DNA from: Lama guanicoe
Lineage: Eukaryota
Direction of reading: 5' to 3'
Length of the DNA stretch: 64,000 nt
Assembly: GCA_013239625.1 (NCBI GenBank)
Contig: MU055362.1
Location: 15,545,405 to 15,609,404, forward strand
Each line of letters begins with the position of its first letter. The first letter of the stretch is position 1. Positions 56,201 to 64,000 of this stretch are shown here, piece by piece. The position numbers and the translations under genes were made by a program. The notes beneath the pieces were generated by a model. It was not told the DNA's origin. It worked only from the letters and a program-made list of their open reading frames with translations, and made no database searches.

Positions 56201-59200
56201 CTTTTCCACATGGGCCCCTTCCTGCTATGAGCGGTAGGAGGGGGATATAGGAAAAGGGATGAAGCAAGAGCAACTTGGAACATACTTCCCTGAAATATCC
56301 ATCCTCCAAGTGTCTCTAATGGACCGCAGGTGCAGGGCAAGCTCAGTGGGCTATGAATCTACGCAAGATGGCTCAGGGCAGAAGTATGATGAAGGACTCA
56401 GAAAACAACACCTGAGGCATCATTGACCTACAGTTATTAGAAGCCCAGAGGCAACAGAGGCCCTCAGGCGCTTGGAATTTAGATCATTACCATCCAGAAA
56501 AAGCCATGAGCTGCATCCTCACCTTTTCCACGTACTGCCTATGTGCACAACTTGAAAATCCCATGAGCTACCTCTCACAGTGAGTTGTGCTGTGGTTTTT
56601 CTAGATGCACAGCTAATTCTAGGAAACAGGGAAGAACCCCCCACCCCAACCTTATTTTGAGCCAAGGCCGGGACAAAGGATCCAAAGGATCAAGCCAATT
56701 CCCACAGTAGACTGGACAGGGGCCTTAGAAATCAAAGCTATACCTGGGGGTCAGATTGCTCAGGAACCCCTAGCTCGCTGCTGCCAGGCTCTGCAACTGA
56801 GCTGTACCCTGGAGAGCCAGGTTGCTCCAGGTCAGTGAGGTCCTCTTTGGAGGTGGTCTGGGAGGAGAACTCTAGGCCACTGTCGGTAGAGGGGCTGACC
56901 ACTGCTGAGGCAGCTTCTGAACTTGCAGAGGAGATGGGAGTGGGCACATCAATGAAGGGCATGCTACCTGCCAAGCAAAGTAAGTGAAGCTTGAAGAAGA
57001 GAGACTTTGTGGGAAACATATACCCTCCACAGTACTGGGTTTTTTTCCATCCTAAACTGCATATTGATTTCTGCATTTGCTGGGCTAAAGCAGTCAGAGT
57101 CCCACTGGAAGAATAACCTTAAGTCACTGCAGAATTGCCAAATGGTCACAGTCTGATATGATCTGGAGTTTTCCCTTTTTGTTCTCAGCATAAAGACCAA
57201 AGCTGCTCCATTGATTGGTCTGCAGTATCAAAATTCCTGAGAGGAAGGAGCTTTTTTCTTATTCATTCTAATCAGAAGCAGCAGCTCAGGGTACTCACCA
57301 GTGAGGTTAGAGGATAAGGTGGTTCCATTGGGGGTGGGCAGCTCTGAACCTGGTGTGACTTTGGTCATATGGCGTGGGGGCCGGGGGGATCTCTTCTGTT
57401 TCTTCCACTTGGATGAATCACTCATGCCTCCCGCTCTCATTTTCAGCTGGAAATATCACACCTCATTAGCACTGGTATTCAAATTAAGACTCTATCCCTA
57501 GAAATCTCCCTTCCTTTAGTCCTACTGGTCCCTAGAAGACAGTCTATACCCTGCATCTGTGACAAAGTAAGAATCTAGACCATCAGAGCACATACCTACT
57601 CCCCTAACTGGCCTTCTACATTTGCCACTTTAAAGGTCAGCCTGGGACGCTCCATGTGGAAGGTGACATTCTGTTTTTAGGCTGGCCATAGATAAGGCCA
57701 GTCCTCACACATCACTTCACTCCTGAATCATGGGTGCCAATCCTGAATCCTGCAGATGGTGCCTCACCCTCTGGCAGACAGGGTAAGGGCAGGGGGTCCT
57801 TGCTTGAAATTTCAGATTCAGGCCCTAGACCCCTGGGCTCTCCTCCTCAACCACCTGCAGAGCAGCTGCCTACTCCTAGTTCTTATCCAATAATGAGAGT
57901 ATACTCCTCCCTATCCAGACTTTTAGGGTTCCTATTACTTTGTGAACTGGGCCTACATCTTAACTATACCCCTTACTCTGGAATGTCTACATCAAGTTGG
58001 TCAAAGATTCGTTCCTTGGAATTAAGAAAGGAGTGGCATCCCAGCTGATTTGTGGAGGTAAGGACAGTAGGTCATGTCATGTTGCTAATCTGCTCTGCTG
58101 CTCCCAATTTTGGTGTATCAATAAGACCTTCTGTCCTTTTCACTGTTGGTCTTTCTAGATGCAACTTTGTTTTCAGATGGTAAGGCTACTGATTTCTTGG
58201 ACTCTTGCTCTATTCCATTTCCCTTTCTCTTGTATTTTTATCTCTCCTGTAGCTTCCTTTTAGTCACAAAGGAAAATCTCTATCATTTGTTGACTACTTT
58301 AAGGTGTATGTTTTCATGCATTTTCTCCACCCTAAGTTTACAGCTATTTTGTTTAGGCCCATTTCATTTTCTTAATCCTGATGCCTTCTCAGTTAGGGTT
58401 TGAATCCAGAGAGTAGAAACACTTCCTCCCTGCCTCTTTCTAAAGGCTAGTCGACTATACCATATTATCCTTGGCCTGTCCAATTCCATCTGATATTTGA
58501 GGAATAGGACCCCCTTCCTCAACCTCCCCCAAGCTCTCCAGTAACCTCTGATCCCTTGCTTAGAAACCATATAATTCTTCCTTCTCTACCCATAGTTTCA
58601 TCCATAAAGGAGAGAGGCCCAACAGCTGAGCCCCACCCCCAGCTCTTAGTAACACAGCAACAGCCTCATATTGGATTTACACTTTTAGTCCCTGTATCTC
58701 CAGAATTCCTGCAATTATATGTCTAGAATAGAGCTTCAAGTGTTCTGAGCACTATGGTTAAGTAGGAACCAGGATGCTCCCTCCAGGAACCACGGTAGCC
58801 CATCTGGATCAAACTCACGGTAAAAAAAAAAAGTTCTGAGGGGTAAGAGTCAGTCAAACATGCAGATAAGCAAGAAGTCCAAGAGATCAATGAGGAAAAA
58901 CAGGAATCTCCTGGCTTTAACTAGAAACTGTCACTGAGCTCCAAAAAGTGCTAACATCTGGGTGGACTTTGGTGAGGTATCTTTTCTCTCCAGATGGCCC
59001 CCCACCAATTATAGGAATTCTAGGTAGCCCTACTTCCACTGAGAAACCAGTCATTGAGATTCCTTCCCACACTAGGGTCAGTCCTTCCTGTTTCCTTCTC
59101 TATCCTCTGCAACAGTAGTTCTAACTTGATCATTTCAACGAATGTTCTTTGCCTCTTGGCTGGAGAAGGAGCCGAGAGGCTGCCAGTTCTCAGTCCTTAG

Positions 59201-59463
59201 AAAGTATAGCTGTGTTCCCTATCCTAAGGTCCTAAGGCAGGGAGGCGGGCAGTTTATGAAACTCTACATCACCTTATCCTTGTAATTCTCTATTTCTAAA
59301 GGCCAATATACGCTGTACAAAGAAAGGGCAGGTCCTAGGTTAATAATCATGGCAAAATGCTGGGTAGCTACTGAAGAGAGCTGCAACTTAAAACTAGGCA
59401 AGCACACAAATGAAACTTGAGACAAGGCATGCAAAGAGAACACAGGCCTATGGACTGTCTAGT

Positions 59464-59497
<34 letters not shown>

Positions 59498-62400
59498 TCA
59501 CAGTTCTTTTTATCTTCATTGACCTGGATGTCCACAGCCACACCTCTAGCATGCACCCTTCTGTGATAGACAGCCTACATAACCCATATCCCTTCTCTCT
59601 CTCTTCTTCCCAAAGCAGGGATATGGGGATTAGGGTAATCTCTAGCTTGCACCTCTAAGTTCCCATACATTTTCACTTTTAAAAGACAAAGGGCATCTTT
59701 GCAGATCCCAAAGTATTCCCAGTGTCCAGGGCTATCCTGGCACCTGGCTCTTTTCCACCTATCTAGAGTCCTAAAACTGAGAATGACCCTTTAGTGGTAA
59801 CCAAGAGAGAAAAAAAAAAGTCCCCAACTAGATCGGCTACCCTTTCTCTCAAAACCAAGTTCAGGTATTCAGACAGAGTCAAAGGACTGTGCTTAAGCTT
59901 TCTGTGCCAGCTCTGAGACAGGGAGAGGATAAAAGAGGGAAGGGTTTTGTCTGAAGGTCCCTCATAGTCCCTCTAGAAATGGTAGACATTAAGCCTCCCC
60001 ACAAGATGTCAGCAGGACCCAGGCTCTCTATCTAGGCTTACTACATGATGTATCACCAGTTCAAGGCTTTCTTCTGCCTCCAGGCAGCCAGATGCCCCAG
60101 GAGAATTCCCAACACTGCAAAGTTACGAACACATGCAACTCTTCCAAAGCCGTGCTGTTACTAGGGAGGGGTGAATTGTGCTCTACACAGTGGAAATGGG
60201 ACCCAGATGTTACATATAAAAAATAAACATTTAAATAAATGAATAAAAANNNNNNNNNNNNNNNNNNNNNNNNNNNNNNNNNNNNNNNNNNNNNNNNNNN
60301 NNNNNNNNNNNNNNNNNNNNNNNNNNNNNNNNNNNNNNNNNNNNNNNNNNNNNNNNNNNNNNNNNNNNNNNNNNNNNNNNNACAGGCAAACGAACGATTT
60401 AAACAGAGTGAAATAAACTGAGACACAAGCCAACAGGGCAAAGGGCAGGAATGGGGATGGATGGCAGGGGAAAGGGGAAGGTCAGGTGCATGCACCAAAC
60501 AGCCAAGGGTCATCTCCATGGGCAGAACCTCTCAGGGCTGCAAGCAGAATCCTCATCAGAGGCCTGTGAAGTCCAGGGCTTTAGTTCAAGATAGAAAGAG
60601 GGCATTCTTCTGACACCATTCTTCTTCTAGCAGTTTGAGAACCTTCTGATTTGGAGTCAGGCTTAATTTATCTCATCAACAGAGACTAGCCCAAGCATAA
60701 ACTCAGTCTAATCCAGCATTAGAGTGGGATTTGAAGTATAGCGTCTCTAGGCCTCCTACCTGCTGACAAGGCTGGGCCCTGAGGGGATGGCAGGACTTTC
60801 ACCTTTATCAACATACATTTTTAGCCCAGTCTGTTGTTTCCATGAAGGACTGGCTCACCAGCTTACATGGAAGGTCAACAAAGATAGGCTCGAAAGGAGA
60901 AGTTGGGGAAGGAGAGGTACCTGGGAAAGAATAAATTTCTTGCTACAGGAGTGATAGCTTTTTCTGGATTCCAACCTGACCTGTCTAAGCAAAAGCATGT
61001 TTTTGCTAAGCAAGGGTATCCAGGAAAATCCCCATAGCATGGAATTTGGGAGATCAAAGTTTGGATGAGGGACAGCATGTCATACCTTCTTCATGTTGGT
61101 CCCCACATAGTTCTTGGGTTCTTCTTTAAACTGAGGTAACCTGTAAGATAGAAAAATCCCGTGGACTGTAATTAGGGATAACAACAAATCTTCCCCTCCA
61201 CGTTAGCCACAGCCCAAAGATGCTCTGGGTCAGAGCACACTCTATCTCTTAGGAAAAGCTAGGAAGAGAAGCAGGCTAATTTCACCCTTTTCAGAGCTTT
61301 ATCAAAGAACAACAGGAATTGAGCAACATATGACACAGACACTTTCTTAAAAAGAAGGTAGTCATCAGGGAAAGGTGACTAAGTACCCTCGGATGGCAGA
61401 GGCTCTTTTTGTCTTCAAATTGATTCCTCCCACTTGGCAAGTATTGCTGAAAATCATGAGATGGGGAGAGGGCAGTCTATCAAAACCCCAGGAGACTGGG
61501 CATAGTCTGAGAACTAAAAGGCAGGTTGCAGTTTTGAAACCAGTAAATTTGAACCTGAGAAGAAACAATCTGCAGCAGGGACCAGGGGCCAATCAAGTCT
61601 GTAGATAATAAGGATTATTATTTATAGATCTGATCTATAATCAGATCTGATTATTTATAGATCTGATTTAACAATCTGGGATTTATAAATCCCAGGGGGA
61701 AGTTTTTTGGTTTTTTTGTTCTAAAAAAATAGACTATTTTTAAGAACAATCTTAGGTTCACAGCAAAACTGAGTGAAAGGTACAGTGATTTCCCATATAA
61801 GCCCTGCCCCATGTCTAACTTCTCCTATTGCCAATATCCCCTAGGGAAGGCTGTAAAGCCCTCGCCTCAGCTCTTCTCAAAGTCTATCGAAAAGAAGTGT
61901 AGAATACAGGGTGTTAGGCACAGTATGAATAGGTCTCCTAGACCCTACATTGAGGGCCTTGACGAGGGTAACCAACAGTTTTGGTTTGTGGGGATGTGGG
62001 ACTTTCAGTGTTAAAACTGGGACAGTCGGGCAAACCAGGATTGTTGGTCACCCTAGCCTTGGTCCTTCCTCACAGAAATCAGGCTGAGCTCTGGGAGCTC
62101 AGCAACCTGTTCCAGGCTCCCTTGAGTTTGGCTTCCTCTCTGGGTTCCCTTCCCAGCTGCTGCCTGCACAGAAACAGACACAAGTTTGGGAAGCATAAGA
62201 TCTGTCAGCCTAGATCAAATAACCCTCTGTCTCCCCCTGAGGCCAAGCCAGCTCCCTCCTCCTTCTCCTTTTATCGGTAACCCTGGGCCCAGAGAACCAC
62301 CCTCATCCATAATCTCAGTGGCCTCTGATGTGGCTGTGGGGTTGGCCAAGTCCCTGAAGTGGCTGTGTGGAAGCAGGCAGGCTNNNNNNNNNNNNNNNNN

Positions 62401-63107
62401 NNNNNNNNNNNNNNNNNNNNNNNNNNNNNNNNNNNNNNNNNNNNNNNNNNNNNNNNNNNNNNNNNNNNNNNNNNNNNNNNNNNNNNNNNNNNNNNNNNNN
62501 NNNNNNNNNNNNNNNNNNNNNNNNNNNNNNNNNNNNNNNNNNNNNNNNNNNNNNNNNNNNNNNNNNNNNNNNNNNNNNNNNNNNNNNNNNNNNNNNNNNN
62601 NNNNNNNNNNNNNNNNNNNNNNNNNNNCTGGCAGCCATAACCTCACTGGCCCACTAGATGGCACTACTGAGTCAGGAAAAAAAGGGGTGCAGTGATGTGT
62701 TCTCAGGAGTTGCAGACGGGTGTCAATCCCAGAAACCCCAAGGGAGGAAAGTTTGGTGGGCTGAGTCAGTCTGAGATCTATCCCAGTTCCTGCCCTGGCA
62801 TGAAGAGCTAAGGTCTCTGTTCTAGCTGTACAACAAATAGTCAAGTACAGAGACGTTTAGACTCCTCTGGCTCCACAAGGTAGGTGATGGAGAAGCCATG
62901 AGTTGTCCATCTCGCTGAGGTTCAGAGACAGCATCCTGTATTCATACTCACAGATCCTGGCCCCAGGAATGGTGAAGGGCCCATATTCAAGCACCTACCA
63001 CTGAGCCTCATTTCAAAGCAGATCCGGAAGCAAGACTGCATGATCTCACACACAGATTCATTGGTTAGGTGGGCACCCACTGGAGTTAGCAAAAGAGTCC
63101 GCAGCAC
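38201..63107 (-). CDS. GBF1: Golgi brefeldin A-resistance ARF GEF 1 (partial; N-terminal exons in N-block 63620-63751 and beyond the window)
   Basis: Exons 62999-63107, [~61 nt in N 62384-62627], 61086-61140, 57299-57446, 56744-56967, 56056-56224, 55245-55456, 54806-54904, 54016-54210, 53615-53804, 52882-53022, 52478-52566, 51360-51562, 50760-50883, 50326-50451, 49976-50058, 49057-49293, 48700-48793, 48156-48332, 47760-47824, 47551-47674, 47279-47350, 47027-47121, 46616-46769, 43093-43318, 42415-42575, 42037-42283, 41708-41913, 40503-40653, 40272-40402, 39969-40070, [~114 nt in N 39572-39703], 39245-39425, 38971-39099, 38201-38481. HUS box YINYDCD, Sec7 [10 protein letters not shown] and [13 protein letters not shown]-terminus PTSEVN*; phases consistent. 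Confidence 0.97.
40984..41117 (-). mobile_element. tRNA-Ala-derived SINE
   Basis: Same consensus as 860-987; flanking acaccttct duplication. Confidence 0.9.
41340..41530 (+). mobile_element. Ancient L1 (L1ME-like) 3' fragment
   Basis: ctggaaggata...gaggttgcctccagggag...ccttttgtacctttt gaac...accatgtacat. Confidence 0.5.
43441..43718 (+). mobile_element. L1 3'-UTR fragment, inverted copy of 44197-44475
   Basis: Near-identical reverse complement of 44197-44475. Confidence 0.8.
43852..44174 (+). mobile_element. Tigger-family non-autonomous DNA transposon (MER47-like)
   Basis: Ends gtcaaaccattgtaagttgggggccgtctg-ta, resembling a Tigger TIR plus TA; subfamily from memory. Confidence 0.55.
44175..46285 (-). 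mobile_element. Old L1 (L1M-type) 3' portion, interrupted by a SINE and an N-block
   Basis: Antisense ORF2/3'UTR signatures ttttaatttgcatttccctg, gttcatatcttttgcccatttt, ttgagtcttccaatcca. Confidence 0.85.
44515..44670 (+). mobile_element. tRNA-Ala-derived SINE inserted in an L1
   Basis: gtgtagctcagtggtagagcatatgcttagcatgcacaaggacctgggttcaatcccc followed by an A-rich tail. Confidence 0.85.
49636..49672. repeat. (TTTTTG)n microsatellite
   Basis: Read directly. Confidence 0.9.
55616..55766 (-). mobile_element. tRNA-Ala-derived SINE
   Basis: Same consensus; ttgtctcact duplicated on both flanks. Confidence 0.9.
59466..59494. repeat. (CA)n microsatellite
   Basis: About 14 CA units read directly. 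Confidence 0.95.
61618..61695. repeat. Cluster of short palindromes and a 17-bp direct repeat
   Basis: ttatagatc-t-gatctataa, ataatcagatctgattat, ctgggatttataaatcccag; ttatttatagatctgat occurs twice. Confidence 0.9.
62651..62665 (+). promoter_or_regulatory. CTCF-like motif CCACTAGATGGCACT
   Basis: Near-perfect CTCF core consensus. Confidence 0.6.
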
Positions 63108-63948
63108 CTACCAGGAAGAAAGAGGAGGTACTGTGATAAACAAGGCAGGCTGGTTGAAGAAGGGTATACCTGAGGGGAGAGAAGCTGGCTCCTGTTTCTC
63201 TAGTATCCTACAGAAGCACTCAGGGGTGAGAAAGAGGTTAGCAAGAATGCTGATCTTGCTTCAGTTTGGTAGGGGGGTCTTCCAGGAGCTTGTCTTGGGA
63301 ACCGTCTTTACTCTGCATGACCGCGACATAGTTCAGCACTCATTCCAGCCCTAGCCCAGGAGCCTAACAGATGGATGGCACAGATATAGTCTGTCAGAGG
63401 TACAAGTGTATTAAAGGTTCTGGTATTTGATATCAATTCATTTAAAGTTTTTAATTAGTTTCCTTAGAAAAAGCTTTTACTTTGGGTACCAGAGCCGCTT
63501 GTTTGGAAACAAAGTAGCTCCCTAAGCCCCAGTGGAGTCAAAACACAGCTTCACGCTGCCAGCAGACTCGGGTAAGTAGAGCCAGCAGCACCAGCTCCTG
63601 GCCATTAGCCTAATTGCTCNNNNNNNNNNNNNNNNNNNNNNNNNNNNNNNNNNNNNNNNNNNNNNNNNNNNNNNNNNNNNNNNNNNNNNNNNNNNNNNNN
63701 NNNNNNNNNNNNNNNNNNNNNNNNNNNNNNNNNNNNNNNNNNNNNNNNNNNTCTGCTCCAGTGAAAAAGGAAAGACTAAATGATGTTCAGAGGAAAGACA
63801 GAAAAGGCAAGACATCCTGTCTCAGGACTCTTTTGAGAGACTTTGGTTTTCTCCTCTCCAATTTCCTAACCTAGCTTCTTGAGCTAGCTGAGAATTTTTG
63901 CCCATAAACTGCTTTAATGAGCTTCTCAACACAAACTACTGTGTGGAA

Positions 63949-64000
63949 CAGTGGTTCTCAAACTTAAAACATGTATCAGAATCACTTGGAGGGCTTGTTA
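63949..64000 (+). mobile_element. MER5A-like hAT MITE, 5' end truncated by the window
   Basis: cagtggttctcaaactt...atcagaatcacttggagggcttgtta. Confidence 0.65.

Overview
Mammalian genomic DNA containing the conserved cluster CUEDC2(+), FBXL15(-), PSD/EFA6A(+), NFKB2(-) and GBF1(-; its 5' part lies outside the window). This is the reverse complement of the human chr10q24 order. Several young tRNA-Ala-derived SINEs with target-site duplications point to a camelid (vic-1-like SINE; inference). I traced exon/intron structures by hand, and the reading frames close correctly once exons hidden in N-blocks are allowed for. No prokaryotic-type systems (CRISPR etc.) are present and I see no clearly new gene. 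The most interesting observations: (1) a 201-bp tandem duplication of a PSD Sec7 exon with splice sites on both copies; (2) an intragenic CpG island and probable alternative first coding exon in PSD; (3) a near-identical ~280-bp inverted L1 duplication in a GBF1 intron; (4) a candidate in-frame 54-nt GBF1 cassette exon; (5) a rearranged REST half-site pair with NRF1/RFX motifs at the PSD/FBXL15 promoter; (6) a nest of palindromes; (7) N-blocks that are non-random, four being exactly 132 nt and most lying over conserved exons.
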